This document shows, one piece after another, positions 45,020 to 55,302 of a stretch of 64,000 nucleotides of DNA (the first letter of the stretch is position 1; every line of letters begins with the position of its first letter). Both the position numbers and the translations under genes were made by a program. The notes under the pieces were generated by a model, which was given only the letters and a program-made list of their open reading frames with translations, made no database searches and was not told the origin of the DNA. Source of the stretch: a bacterium (GTDB lineage Bacteria; Bacteroidota; Bacteroidia; NS11-12g; UBA955); the NCBI GenBank assembly GCA_029945665.1, contig JAQSCZ010000125.1, positions 67 to 64,066 on the forward strand, read 5' to 3'.

Positions 45020-45682
45020 TTACTTTTTGAAATTATTGTGCTTTTTATTTTTGTTATAAAACTTATTGTTGCTGTTACTGTTGCTATTGCTTCCAGTATT
45101 ATTGGGTTTGAAGAATTTCTTCCTGCGTTGTTCTAAAGTAATCTCCAGTGCCTCAGGATCAATTTCCAATTTACTACTAGACATCATTTTTAAATGCTCT
45201 GCCAATTGTTGGTTAGTTAAGTTTTCATTGTTCCAATTTCTAGAAGAGTTGCTCATAAAAGAAGCTAACAAATTCAAAAATTCGTTCTTCATTTCAGGAC
45301 TATCAATATTGGTCGCTTTATTGACCATGTTTTGTAGATTCCTGCCGTAAAAACGAAATTTTATTGGTTGTGAAGAATAAGGGATCGGTTCAGGTTTCTT
45401 CACAATGGCGTCTTTTTCAGGTGCAGGGTAAGGACAATCAACATCCAATTGAAAGCCGGCAATAATATGTAAATGGTCCCAAAATTTTTGCTTATAGTCT
45501 GCTTGTTCTTTGGCCAATGGATTCAAAATTTCCATTACGCCAATCAGTGCTTCAGCCATTTTAGTGCGTTTAATTCGATCATCAATGGCTAAGACATGGT
45601 CAACCATTTTTTGAAAAGCCCGTCCATATTCGGAAATAATTAATTTATTGGATTGGGTATTGTACTCGAAAAGTTCAGTCAT
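45020..45682 (-). CDS. DUF4290-family protein with Asn/Ser/Lys-rich tail
   Basis: 220 aa, lying directly upstream of murA, which I recall as the typical Bacteroidota position for DUF4290. 'EYGRAFQKMVDH'. Confidence 0.65.
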   Translation of the reverse strand: MTELFEYNTQSNKLIISEYGRAFQKMVDHVLAIDDRIKRTKMAEALIGVMEILNPLAKEQADYKQKFWDHLHIIAGFQLDVDCPYPAPEKDAIVKKPEPIPYSSQPIKFRFYGRNLQNMVNKATNIDSPEMKNEFLNLLASFMSNSSRNWNNENLTNQQLAEHLKMMSSSKLEIDPEALEITLEQRRKKFFKPNNTGSNSNSNSNNKFYNKNKKHNNFKK

Positions 45683-45773
45683 ATATAATTGATTTCAAAT
45701 TTAGGTGAAAAATTAGGATAAAAAAAAGTCCCGCAATTAATTCATTGCAGGACTTTCATATTAATGTTGTTAA

Positions 45774-46361
45774 TTATTTTAATAAACCAGCTTCTTTATT
45801 TCTTGGTTCAAATGTCACAGTATGTTTTGCTTGATCTGAAGGATTTACAAACTCGATTTTCAAGTTTTTTGCCTTCAACATAATAATTTTGCAATCCAAT
45901 GGTCTTGATTCGCCTTCTGCGTGTGATAAATCAGGCGCTCCAAAAACGATGTTGCTATGTTTACTACCAAATGACCAAGCGCCATGAGAGGTTAACAATT
46001 TAAACAAACTATTCTTAGTATACTCATAGTACAAATTAACTAAACCAGTTTGATTGGCTACAAAGTATTTATTCCATGCAGTTGAATTTTGATAAGCTTC
46101 TGTATATTGAAGATTGTACTCATATTTTCCAGTTTTATTGATAGAAAGTACTAATTGCAATGAGTCACCATGTACGAAAGATGATTTGATTGCGTTATCA
46201 GTATTACCATTCACTTGATAATCAGTAACAATCCATTCATTACTAATTCTTACGCGTTTAGTTCTCAAAGAGATCCCTGGACCTTCATCATATTTACAAG
46301 CTGATAAAATAAGAGAAGAAATCGCAACGATTATTAATAAATTTTTAATTTTAATTTTCAT
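45774..46361 (-). CDS. Hypothetical lipoprotein
   Basis: Start re-set to the ATG at 46361 (MKIKIKNLLIIVAISSLILSAC, with a lipobox). Confidence 0.5.
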   Translation of the reverse strand: MKIKIKNLLIIVAISSLILSACKYDEGPGISLRTKRVRISNEWIVTDYQVNGNTDNAIKSSFVHGDSLQLVLSINKTGKYEYNLQYTEAYQNSTAWNKYFVANQTGLVNLYYEYTKNSLFKLLTSHGAWSFGSKHSNIVFGAPDLSHAEGESRPLDCKIIMLKAKNLKIEFVNPSDQAKHTVTFEPRNKEAGLLK

Positions 46362-46426
46362 AATATTTGGCAAATATAAGTATAAAGTATTCAATTTAAC
46401 AAATAAAGGCAATAAAGTTTGAAATT

Positions 46427-47272
46427 TTAGAAATAAAATAACAACTTAACAATGCCAAAATAATTATCGGTGTCCATTGAAAAGCCAGTAGATTTAGAAC
46501 TGGTTGAAATCTTTCTAGCAGTTAGCGTTGAAGTTGTTTTATCATAGGATTCTGACGTAATTTCATTAGCACTTCTAACATTAATGGAAGGACCATAGCC
46601 CAATTCTCCTCCCAAAGATACCCGAGGAGCAATAAAATACTCGACCCCAACAAAGCCTCTGACACCAAAGGTTAAACTAGAAGATGCATTAATAATTGTA
46701 TTTCTTATAACCCCTGTATCTTCATTTTCAATAGAATTACCATACTTAAATTTGGTGTCAAAACCACTGTTATAATTAAAGTAAACTTCTCCGCCATAAT
46801 AACCTTGAACCCTTGTTGTACCGCGTCTTTTTTCGATACCAAAACCAATTCCAATGATGTTATTCTTCGTTTTTTGAACATCTTTAACAAGGCTGCCACT
46901 CGCCGCGCCGGGCGTTTTATCGGCTACATTAAAATTCAAAGTGTTTGAATTAACACCTATCCTAAAATAACCACGATAAGCTAACTGATTTGTTTTCATG
47001 TATTTAAAAAACAAACTTTGATTAGGTGTAGCAAACGTTGGACTAGGGGAAATATTGTTGTTATTTCCATTGAAAAAATTGCCGAAATAATTCAGAAAAG
47101 GATTGGCTCCAAAGCCAATCGCAAAATCTCCTTGTTGTGGCAAAATAGCAATGCCTCTTTTATTTTTTAAAACAGGCTGTAATTGAGAAAACAGGCTACT
47201 AGTATGCATTAGACATAGCAGTATGAGCGCTTGTTTGGCTATGTTATTTAATTTCCGGTTTATAAAATTCAT
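46427..47272 (-). CDS. Putative outer-membrane beta-barrel protein
   Basis: 281 aa. Signal peptide, alternating beta pattern, Gly/aromatic-rich, and a C-terminal ...LLFYF. Confidence 0.55.
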   Translation of the reverse strand: MNFINRKLNNIAKQALILLCLMHTSSLFSQLQPVLKNKRGIAILPQQGDFAIGFGANPFLNYFGNFFNGNNNNISPSPTFATPNQSLFFKYMKTNQLAYRGYFRIGVNSNTLNFNVADKTPGAASGSLVKDVQKTKNNIIGIGFGIEKRRGTTRVQGYYGGEVYFNYNSGFDTKFKYGNSIENEDTGVIRNTIINASSSLTFGVRGFVGVEYFIAPRVSLGGELGYGPSINVRSANEITSESYDKTTSTLTARKISTSSKSTGFSMDTDNYFGIVKLLFYF

Positions 47273-47317
47273 GTAAATATGATGTTCGATTTAAATGCAA
47301 AAATATACAAAAAGTAG

Positions 47318-49597
47318 CTATTCCAATATCATAAGCTTAGCAAACTTTAAAACCAAGGTCTTTTCACCAGCCTCTACAAATCGAATAACTGCTTTTCTGT
47401 TATCTCCACTATCTTGAATATTCAACACCTGACCTTTCCCAAATCGCTGATGTTCAATTGTTTGCCCCTCCATTAAATTGGATGTGTCGCTTTCTTTGAA
47501 ATTGGAGGAAATCTGAATTTGCCCAGATGGCCTTGAAAAAACAGGTTTTCCTACATTCATACCATACCCCTTTCCAAAGTTGGGTGATTCCTTTTTCTTT
47601 AGAACAGGTGATTCCATTTTTAAGGTATTTTGGTATGAGAATTCTAAATATTGACTTTCAATTTCCCCTAAAAACCGACTTGGTTCGCACGGAATTAAAT
47701 TACCATATTTAAAACGACTGGTTGCAAAAGATAAGGTTAGTTTTTGTTCTGCCCGGGTAACTGCTACGTAAAACAATCGTCGCTCCTCTTCTAATTCCTG
47801 ACGACTTGTTAAACTCATCTGACTTGGAAACAAATTCTCTTCAAGACCAACTACAAAAACATTTTTAAACTCAAGACCCTTACTGCTATGAATGGTCATA
47901 AGTGTCACGGTATCCTTATTATCTTTATCCTTATCAGCATCTGTTAACAAGGCGATATCTTGCAAAAATTGTGAAATTGTTTTTTCGTTTTCGTTGGTAT
48001 CGTCTTCCGTAAATTCCTTAATACCATTCAATAACTCCATGATATTCTCATGGCGCGAAACGCCTTCGACTGTCTTATCCTCATAAAGCGTTTTCAAAAG
48101 GGTCGATTGCTTCGCTACATATTCAGCAATTTCGTAGGCATTCTTATTGGCCACCATCCCTTGAAAACTGGTTATCATGGTATGAAAATCGCGAAGATTG
48201 GAAATACTGCTGCCCAACTCCGCTGCAAACTGCTGAGTATGGCTAATTATTTCCCATAATGAACACTCATTTTCATTGGCTAATACCGTAATTTTATCAA
48301 CTGTTGTATTTCCTATTTTTCTCGCTGGATAATTGATAATTCTCTTAAGCGCTTCATCGTCTTTTGGATTCACAACTAAACGCAGATAGGCCACCATGTC
48401 CTTTATTTCCTTGCGCTGATAAAAACTTGTACCTCCATATACTCTGTATGCAATGCTATTTTTCCTTAATGCCTCTTCAAATGATCGGCTCTGAGCATTG
48501 GTTCTGTATAAAATGGCAAAATCCGAAAAAGACAAATGCTGGGTATTCATATCTTCAAAAATACTTTGAGACACCATGCGACCTTCCTCATTATCACTTA
48601 TCGCACGCATAACCTTTATCTTTTCTCCTGCTTCGTTGTCAGTATAAATTTTTTTGTCTAGTTTTTCTTTGTTATTGGCAATAATGCTACTACTTGCATT
48701 CACAATAGTGGAAGTACTTCTATAATTATTTTCTAATTTAAAAATATTTAATTCAGGGTAATCCTTTTCAAAATTCAATATGTTCTGAATATTGGCTCCT
48801 CTAAAACTATATATACTTTGTGAATCATCGCCAACAACGCAAATATTTCTATGCATTGCAGCCAATTTTTTAATGATCATATACTGACACAAATTGGTAT
48901 CCTGATACTCATCAACCATGATGTATTTAAATTTATGCTGATATTTATACAATACATCTGCATGTTCTTTAAATAACTTAAATGTATTTACTAATAAATC
49001 ATCAAAATCCATGGCGCCAGCTTTAAAGCACTTCATTTGATACAGAGCGAAAATTCTAGAAATCAATGGCCGTCCAGCCGAGGTATCTGCCTCCATTAAT
49101 TCTGGAATAGTCATGTATTCCTTGGCGGTGATTAAACTATTCTTCGCGTTACTAATCCGGTTGTATATCAAACCAACTTTGTATAGTTTATCGTCTAAAT
49201 TTAGCTCCTTCACAATGCCTTTAATAACACTTTTGGCATCGTCTGTATCATAAATTGTAAAATCCCTAGGGTATCCAATTTTATCCGCCTCAACACGTAA
49301 AATCTTAGCAAAAACACTGTGAAAGGTACCCATCCATAAATTTCGAGCTTCTGTGCCAACAACCGTTTCGATTCGATTTTTCATTTCTTTAGCCGCTTTA
49401 TTTGTAAAGGTTAAAGAAAGTATATTGAAAGCATCTACTCCTTGTTTAATGATATGGGCAATTCTATAGGTAAGGACACGGGTTTTTCCACTACCAGCGC
49501 CCGCAATAATCATCACTGGACCATCTGTACAAAGCGCAGCTTCGCGTTGAACTTCATTTAATTTATCTAAGTATGGAGGATAATTATTAATTGACAT
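47318..49597 (-). CDS. UvrD/PcrA/Rep-family ATP-dependent DNA helicase
   Basis: 759 aa. Walker A 'AGAGSGKTRVL', 'DEYQDTN', 'TIHSSKGLEF', 'YVAVTRA'. Confidence 0.93.
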   Translation of the reverse strand: MSINNYPPYLDKLNEVQREAALCTDGPVMIIAGAGSGKTRVLTYRIAHIIKQGVDAFNILSLTFTNKAAKEMKNRIETVVGTEARNLWMGTFHSVFAKILRVEADKIGYPRDFTIYDTDDAKSVIKGIVKELNLDDKLYKVGLIYNRISNAKNSLITAKEYMTIPELMEADTSAGRPLISRIFALYQMKCFKAGAMDFDDLLVNTFKLFKEHADVLYKYQHKFKYIMVDEYQDTNLCQYMIIKKLAAMHRNICVVGDDSQSIYSFRGANIQNILNFEKDYPELNIFKLENNYRSTSTIVNASSSIIANNKEKLDKKIYTDNEAGEKIKVMRAISDNEEGRMVSQSIFEDMNTQHLSFSDFAILYRTNAQSRSFEEALRKNSIAYRVYGGTSFYQRKEIKDMVAYLRLVVNPKDDEALKRIINYPARKIGNTTVDKITVLANENECSLWEIISHTQQFAAELGSSISNLRDFHTMITSFQGMVANKNAYEIAEYVAKQSTLLKTLYEDKTVEGVSRHENIMELLNGIKEFTEDDTNENEKTISQFLQDIALLTDADKDKDNKDTVTLMTIHSSKGLEFKNVFVVGLEENLFPSQMSLTSRQELEEERRLFYVAVTRAEQKLTLSFATSRFKYGNLIPCEPSRFLGEIESQYLEFSYQNTLKMESPVLKKKESPNFGKGYGMNVGKPVFSRPSGQIQISSNFKESDTSNLMEGQTIEHQRFGKGQVLNIQDSGDNRKAVIRFVEAGEKTLVLKFAKLMILE

Positions 49598-50139
49598 AAT
49601 AGCAGACTACAAATCTAATTGTTTGCGTAAAAAAATTTCAAAAAGGATATACACAAAAGCGACTTAAAATTATTGCTAGCTAATCTTTAATAAATATGCA
49701 TCCAATTGGAGCAAAACACCCTCCTATTTTAACCTAGTGAAAAATTAAAAAAGTATTTTTACTCAGTGCCCAAAAATCAACTTGAATTCGTCCAAAAAGC
49801 GCGAAAACAGGACCAAAGTACAAAACGCAACATAATTTATAGTGCTGAATTACTGCAATTTACACGCAAATTTCAGATTAAAACTAGACTTAATTTGCAA
49901 ATTAGAGATTGCGATATATGTTTGTGTATGAGGTGTTCGAAAAGGTAAGTATTTTTACTCATTAAGCATTTATACTCAGCAATTTAGCACTCATTCAAAA
50001 ACAGAAAAAACCAAAATAAAATACATAAACGAAACAGAATTAAAAAACTAAAAACAAATCCTAAAACTAAAAAAAACTAAAACTATTGAAAACACATTTT
50101 TACTTGAAAATTAATAACTAGACAAATAAATTAAATTGC

Positions 50140-50210
50140 TTTTGACAAGAACTAAAACTACGAAAACACACAACGGATTTTGACAAGAACTAAAACTACG
50201 AAAAACACAC
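50140..50210. repeat. Tandem direct repeat (2 copies, period 38 nt) TTTTGACAAGAACTAAAACTACGAAAA(A)CACAC
   Basis: Copies at 50140-50172 and 50178-50210 differ by one extra A. Additional ACTAAAAC motifs lie at about 50046-50085. Confidence 0.85.
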
Positions 50211-50574
50211 CACATTAATTTAGAGTAACAAACATTAAAACACATTTACATTCATGAAAAATTCAATTATCGAAATCGGTTTAACCAGATCAATGAAGTA
50301 CACACTTTATTCTTACATCATCTGGTTTTTATGCTTAGGCATTGTATTGGTATCCTTTTTATAATCATTATAATAAAAAGGCAAATACCAACAGGCATTT
50401 GTATCTAATTCATACACATGCTTTTTTTAAGTTCTTTACACACATTACACTATTTAACTCATTTAGCTAATTTAACCTTGGCTTCTACCTATAGCCTTTG
50501 TTAATTGCTGAATAGTATTTTTCCACATGACTCTCCTAAGCCGTTAAAAGTTTTACAACACACTACTTAAACGC

Positions 50575-50610
50575 AAAAAAACCCCGAGAATTTCAGTTTC
50601 GGGGTTTTTT
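50575..50610. terminator. Rho-independent terminator downstream of ruvA (bidirectional shape)
   Basis: AAAAAACCCCGA-11nt-TCGGGGTTTTTT, lying 16 nt from the ruvA stop. Confidence 0.8.
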
Positions 50611-50625
50611 GTTTATATAAAAAAG

Positions 50626-51216
50626 TTAAAGGGCTTTCAAACTTTGTTTGATCATATCTTCAACTCCTATTTGAAGCTTGTTATTATTGGTAACTTTCAA
50701 TAAAACTTTTTCAGCAATAGCTCTTTGAAAGCCTAATGCCTGTAAAGCCAAAAGCGCTTCATCAAAGGCTTTGTTTTTATGATCTGGCATTGCACCCATC
50801 TCACCAGGAGTTGACATCTTCGCCATTTTATCCTGCAACTCTAAAATGATTCGCTGAGCTGTTTTAGGCCCAACTCCCTTAACTGCTTTTAAGGTTGCTA
50901 TGTTCCCAGTTGTTATTGCGCTTATTATTTCATTTGGAGACTGACCACTTAATATCATTCTAGCGGTATTGGTGCCAACACCATTAACAGAGATTAGCTG
51001 CTTAAACAATTGTCTTTCTATTTCATCAAAGAAACCATAAATAAAATGCCCGTCTTCTTTTATGGCCAAATAAGTTAACACCCGCGCATCCTTCATGTTT
51101 TTAAATTGCTCGTATGTGTTAATACTAATTTGTATATGATAACCAATACCATTGGCATTAATTACAATGAAAGCGGGATTGGCATGTTCAACTTTCCCTT
51201 CAATAAATTCGTACAT
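50626..51216 (-). CDS. ruvA: Holliday junction DNA helicase subunit RuvA
   Basis: 196 aa. 'MYEFIEGK', HhH motifs 'LISVNGVGTNTA' and 'LKAVKGVGPKTAQRI'. Confidence 0.95.
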   Translation of the reverse strand: MYEFIEGKVEHANPAFIVINANGIGYHIQISINTYEQFKNMKDARVLTYLAIKEDGHFIYGFFDEIERQLFKQLISVNGVGTNTARMILSGQSPNEIISAITTGNIATLKAVKGVGPKTAQRIILELQDKMAKMSTPGEMGAMPDHKNKAFDEALLALQALGFQRAIAEKVLLKVTNNNKLQIGVEDMIKQSLKAL

Positions 51217-51257
51217 CTTCTATTTATAATTTAAATTTCAAAAAACTTTTAATTGAA

Positions 51258-52316
51258 CTAATTTAAAGCAATCATCCAATTGAATCTATCAGGAATATCG
51301 CCCATTCTAATGGCATTAAACTCTGCTTTAATACGTGCGCTTAATAAATCAATATTCATATCCAATTGATAGGATTTTCCCTTATAGCTAAATAATTCAA
51401 TATTGGTTAATGTGGCAGCTGTTCCAGAAACGAACATCTCTAACAAAGCGCCAGTCTCATGCCATTCAATTAATTCATTAATACTAATATGCTTTTCTAC
51501 CACTGTTTTGCCCCAGTCCTTGGCTAATTCTATTACAGATTTTCTGGTAATTCCAGCCAATAATGTATCACTTAATTCTGGTGTATAAATGGCATCTTTT
51601 GTAATTACAAAGACATTACTTGTGCCAGTTTCTTCTAAAAAAGTATGGGTTGCACCATCTGTCCACAAAACTTGATCAAAGCCTTCCTTTTGAGCCAACA
51701 TGGTTGGGTACATGGCTGCTGCATAATTTCCTGCACATTTCGCCGAACCTGCTCCACCTTTGGCCCCGCGGGTATAATACTCTTCAACTTTAACTTTCAA
51801 ATAATGGTTGTAATAAGCATTAACAGGACAGGCATAAACCATAAATTTATAGGTTTCGCTTTGCTTTACACCTAGAAAATCATCAGTTGCAAACATGAAA
51901 GGCCGGATATATAATGCACTGCCTAATTTTTGCGGAATCCAAGCTTCATCCAATTTTACTAATTTCTGTAAAGCCTCCATGAAAATTTCTGCCGGCAATT
52001 GAGGCATACACATGCGTTCTGCAGAGGTATTCAATCGCTTTAAATTTTCCATAGGACGGAAAAAAGCAACTTCACCTTTGCTATTTTTAAAAGCTTTCAT
52101 GCCCTCAAAAATGGCTTGTCCGTAGTGTAATGCCGACAATGTGGGACTCAAGGCAATCTTGCCAAACGGCTCTATTCTTGAATTCTGCCACACTCCTCCT
52201 ATATAATCGACTGAAAACATATGGTCTGTAAAAACTTTACCAAATTCTACATTCTCTATATCATAAGAAGAAATCTTTGTTTGTTCTACATGATTTATTG
52301 TAATTTTGACGCTCAT
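51258..52316 (-). CDS. ilvE: Branched-chain amino-acid aminotransferase
   Basis: 352 aa. 'LHYGQAIFEGMKAF', 'YIRP' and 'GGAGSAKCAGNYAA' (the active-site Lys region). Confidence 0.9.
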   Translation of the reverse strand: MSVKITINHVEQTKISSYDIENVEFGKVFTDHMFSVDYIGGVWQNSRIEPFGKIALSPTLSALHYGQAIFEGMKAFKNSKGEVAFFRPMENLKRLNTSAERMCMPQLPAEIFMEALQKLVKLDEAWIPQKLGSALYIRPFMFATDDFLGVKQSETYKFMVYACPVNAYYNHYLKVKVEEYYTRGAKGGAGSAKCAGNYAAAMYPTMLAQKEGFDQVLWTDGATHTFLEETGTSNVFVITKDAIYTPELSDTLLAGITRKSVIELAKDWGKTVVEKHISINELIEWHETGALLEMFVSGTAATLTNIELFSYKGKSYQLDMNIDLLSARIKAEFNAIRMGDIPDRFNWMIALN

Positions 52317-52342
52317 TTATAAGTGCAAATAAACATATTTTA

Positions 52343-52843
52343 ATGGATGATAAGTTAATAATACCTGAAAATTTTCCTGAACTCGTCAATCTTTTCGTTG
52401 GCGAAGAGTTTTATATTGTCAAAGAAAGGATAAATTATGATTCTATTGACCATGAAGGAGGCAATAAATATAGATTTCTTCACATTATGAATCATGGTGA
52501 AGATAAAATAATTCCTGAAGGACAAAGAGACTTTTTTTTCAAGATGATTAATGCCATTCGGACCGATAAAGTATTTATGGATGCCGATGGTTTTGCGGTG
52601 ATCAACGTCAAAAATTACGAAGGCTTAACTTGGAAAAATGTTGAAAAACTTTTTAGTCCGAAAGCCTGTATTTTTTGGGGTGTCGACCCATCGACCATGG
52701 ATTTGGTATGCAGAAAATACAACGGTCTGGTTCACAACGATTGTAAAATAACCTATATCGATGACATTAAAAGCATTAGTGAAAATGACGAATTAAAAAA
52801 GAAATTATGGGGATTGGTAAAACGTTTATTCGGGATGCCATAA
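52343..52843 (+). CDS. Hypothetical cytoplasmic protein
   Basis: 166-aa ORF with ATG start, in an apparent operon with rdgB and queA. I recognise no family. Confidence 0.5.
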   Translation: MDDKLIIPENFPELVNLFVGEEFYIVKERINYDSIDHEGGNKYRFLHIMNHGEDKIIPEGQRDFFFKMINAIRTDKVFMDADGFAVINVKNYEGLTWKNVEKLFSPKACIFWGVDPSTMDLVCRKYNGLVHNDCKITYIDDIKSISENDELKKKLWGLVKRLFGMP

Positions 52844-52856
52844 AACAGCAATTAAA

Positions 52857-53435
52857 ATGAAATTAATTTTTGCAAGTAACAATCAAAATAAACTGAGGGA
52901 AATTAAAGCACTTATCCCTCCATCAATAGAAATATTGAGTTTAGAAGACATTCAATACAACCAAGAAATTGAAGAAACTGGACATACCTTAGAAGACAAT
53001 GCAGCCATTAAAGCACGCACAATTTTCGATGTAACGGGCGAAGCTTGTTTTGCAGACGACAGCGGATTATTAGTGGATTTTTTGGATGGACAACCTGGTG
53101 TTAAAAGTGCAAGATATGCAGGCGAGCCAAGTGATAATTCAGCAAACATGGATTTGTTACTGCTCAATCTTGGCAAGACAGAAAATAGAAATGCAAAATT
53201 CCAAACAGTAATTTGTTACAAAGACGCAACTCAAGAATTATATTTCAAAGGCGAAATTAAAGGAAACATTACGCATTCAAAAAATGGCACCCAAGGATTT
53301 GGATATGATCCTATATTTACCCCGCTTGGTTATTCTCAAACCTTTGCTGAAATGACCGCAGAAGAAAAAAATAAAATCAGTCACAGAAAAAATGCCATTA
53401 CACAATTGATTTTGTTTTTAAACGGTTTAAAATAA
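52857..53435 (+). CDS. rdgB: Non-canonical purine NTP pyrophosphatase (RdgB/HAM1)
   Basis: 192 aa. 'LIFASNNQNKLREI', 'ETGHTLEDNA', 'ADDSGL' and 'GFGYDPIF'. Confidence 0.9.
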   Translation: MKLIFASNNQNKLREIKALIPPSIEILSLEDIQYNQEIEETGHTLEDNAAIKARTIFDVTGEACFADDSGLLVDFLDGQPGVKSARYAGEPSDNSANMDLLLLNLGKTENRNAKFQTVICYKDATQELYFKGEIKGNITHSKNGTQGFGYDPIFTPLGYSQTFAEMTAEEKNKISHRKNAITQLILFLNGLK

Positions 53436-54640
53436 TGGCGATTCAAGACCTATTTATCAAAGACTATGATTACGATTTGCCCATTGATAAAATCGCGCAA
53501 ACGGCCATTGAACCGCGCGATGCGTCTAAACTTTTATTTTACAATAATGGCAACATAACAGACTCTAATTTCAAAAATTTAGCGGAATTTATACCCAAAA
53601 ATGCAGGATTATTTTACAATGATGCCAGGGTCATACCTGCCCGCATTTTTACACAAAATGAATTTGGCGCACACCTAGAAATATTCCTATTAAAACCATT
53701 TAAAACCGAATATTTTCAGGCACTCAATAGTCAATCTTATTGCCTTTGGGAATGTTTAATTGGGAACAAAAAAAAATGGAAAAATGATACCACTTTAACC
53801 TTAATTTTAAACATCGAACAATACAACCTTTCGATGCAGTTCGATTGGCATGATAGAGATAACAACATCGTTAAAATTAGCTGGAATAATACACAATTTC
53901 GATTTATTGAATTGCTCTTTAAAATAGGTGAAATGCCATTGCCTCCCTACATTAAAAGACCAAGCAACTCAAACGACAAAGACCGTTATCAAACCATTTA
54001 TTCGAACACAGATGGCTCCGTTGCTGCACCTACTGCTGGCCTGCATTTCACAGATGCTGTCATAGAAAGCCTTCGCAAAAATAATTTCTCAATGAATCCT
54101 TTAACCTTGCATGTCAGTGCTGGAACCTTTTTACCCGTTACAGTGGAAAAGGCAACAGAACATCCAATGCATGAAGAATATTTTACTATTTCTATCGATA
54201 CATTGCAACAGTTATTAAACACCGAATATCCAATAGCAGTTGGCACCACTAGTGTTCGGGTTATCGAGAGCCTTTATTGGTGTGCAGTTAGATTAACCTT
54301 AAACATGGAACAACCGTTCATCGTTAACAAACTCGATCCTTATGAATTATCCCATTTAAATTTGGATAAAACAAGCGCATTAAAGACACTCATTTCGTAT
54401 TTAAAAATGCGTCAATTAACAGCGATCAATGGGGTAACTTCAATTATGATTATGCCGAGTTATAGATTCATGTTTGTTTGTGGCTTAATCACCAATTTCC
54501 ATCAACCAAAATCTACATTATTGCTTTTAATTGCTGCTTTCACAAATAACAATTGGTTGAATATTTACAAGCATGCCTTAAACAATAATTATCGTTTCCT
54601 AAGTTATGGGGATAGTTCCCTATTGCTAAGACAGACCTAA
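53435..54640 (+). CDS. queA: S-adenosylmethionine:tRNA ribosyltransferase-isomerase
   Basis: 401 aa. 'YDYDLPIDKIAQ...PRDASKLL', 'MPLPPYIKR', 'YQTIYS...GSVAAPTAGLHFT' and 'VGTTSVR'. Confidence 0.9.
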   Translation: MAIQDLFIKDYDYDLPIDKIAQTAIEPRDASKLLFYNNGNITDSNFKNLAEFIPKNAGLFYNDARVIPARIFTQNEFGAHLEIFLLKPFKTEYFQALNSQSYCLWECLIGNKKKWKNDTTLTLILNIEQYNLSMQFDWHDRDNNIVKISWNNTQFRFIELLFKIGEMPLPPYIKRPSNSNDKDRYQTIYSNTDGSVAAPTAGLHFTDAVIESLRKNNFSMNPLTLHVSAGTFLPVTVEKATEHPMHEEYFTISIDTLQQLLNTEYPIAVGTTSVRVIESLYWCAVRLTLNMEQPFIVNKLDPYELSHLNLDKTSALKTLISYLKMRQLTAINGVTSIMIMPSYRFMFVCGLITNFHQPKSTLLLLIAAFTNNNWLNIYKHALNNNYRFLSYGDSSLLLRQT

Positions 54641-54667
54641 AAAAACAGCTAAAGCGCTTTAACTTAT

Positions 54668-55216
54668 TTAATCATCTGTACGCACGTACTTTTCGCTATC
54701 CTTGTCGTATAAGAAAGATAAATCTTTATATTTATCCAAGAAAGAACGCAGTTCAGCAGATGTTTTAAACTCCTCTGTGACATTGCTTGAAACAGGGTGC
54801 AGCGTTGCCTTTATATAAGCACTTCCATGCGTAAATTTGTACAAATAATACTCTTTGTCTGCTACTGATTTACCTTGATCGTCTGTAGATGTTTTATCTT
54901 TCCAGTCATTTTCTACTTCATAAATTTGAAGAAATTCTGTCTTATCTATTTTTGAGATAAAGCCTTTGTAATAATATTTTGTAACATCTCCAGAACTACT
55001 TGTACTTTTCTTTAAAATACGCATAATATATTCACTGTCTTTTGTGATAACAAATTGATCCGCATTTTTGTCTGAACTTTCCTTTTCCCAAGTATTAATC
55101 ATTTCGGAAGGCACTTTTACTGAAGGCTCTTCAATTGCCACTTTGGTTTGATAAGGACAGCCCATAAACAATATGGCCATAAATAGTAGAGCAAAGGAGT
55201 AAATGGTTTTTTTCAT
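54668..55216 (-). CDS. Hypothetical lipoprotein
   Basis: 182 aa. Signal peptide plus lipobox (FMGC). Confidence 0.5.
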   Translation of the reverse strand: MKKTIYSFALLFMAILFMGCPYQTKVAIEEPSVKVPSEMINTWEKESSDKNADQFVITKDSEYIMRILKKSTSSSGDVTKYYYKGFISKIDKTEFLQIYEVENDWKDKTSTDDQGKSVADKEYYLYKFTHGSAYIKATLHPVSSNVTEEFKTSAELRSFLDKYKDLSFLYDKDSEKYVRTDD

Positions 55217-55302
55217 ACAGATATTTATTTAAGCACAAATATTAAATAAAAAACCCATATTCAACTAATACAAATGCATTAATTAAAATATTAAGCAATC
55301 AA

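Noticed and set aside
45066-45110. Imperfect (GTT/GCT)n triplet tract
   Set aside because: It is fully explained as the coding sequence for the Asn/Ser-rich C-terminal tail (SNSNSNSNN) of the DUF4290 protein. It is not an independent repeat element.
49766-49948. 60-aa GTG-initiated ORF in the uvrD-ruvA gap
   Set aside because: It has a non-ATG start, a basic low-complexity sequence and no motif. It lies in a region more likely to be regulatory or non-coding.
50140-50210. Possible CRISPR array
   Set aside because: There are only two repeat copies with a 5-nt spacer, no cas genes in the window, and the repeats are not palindromic. I report it as a tandem repeat instead.
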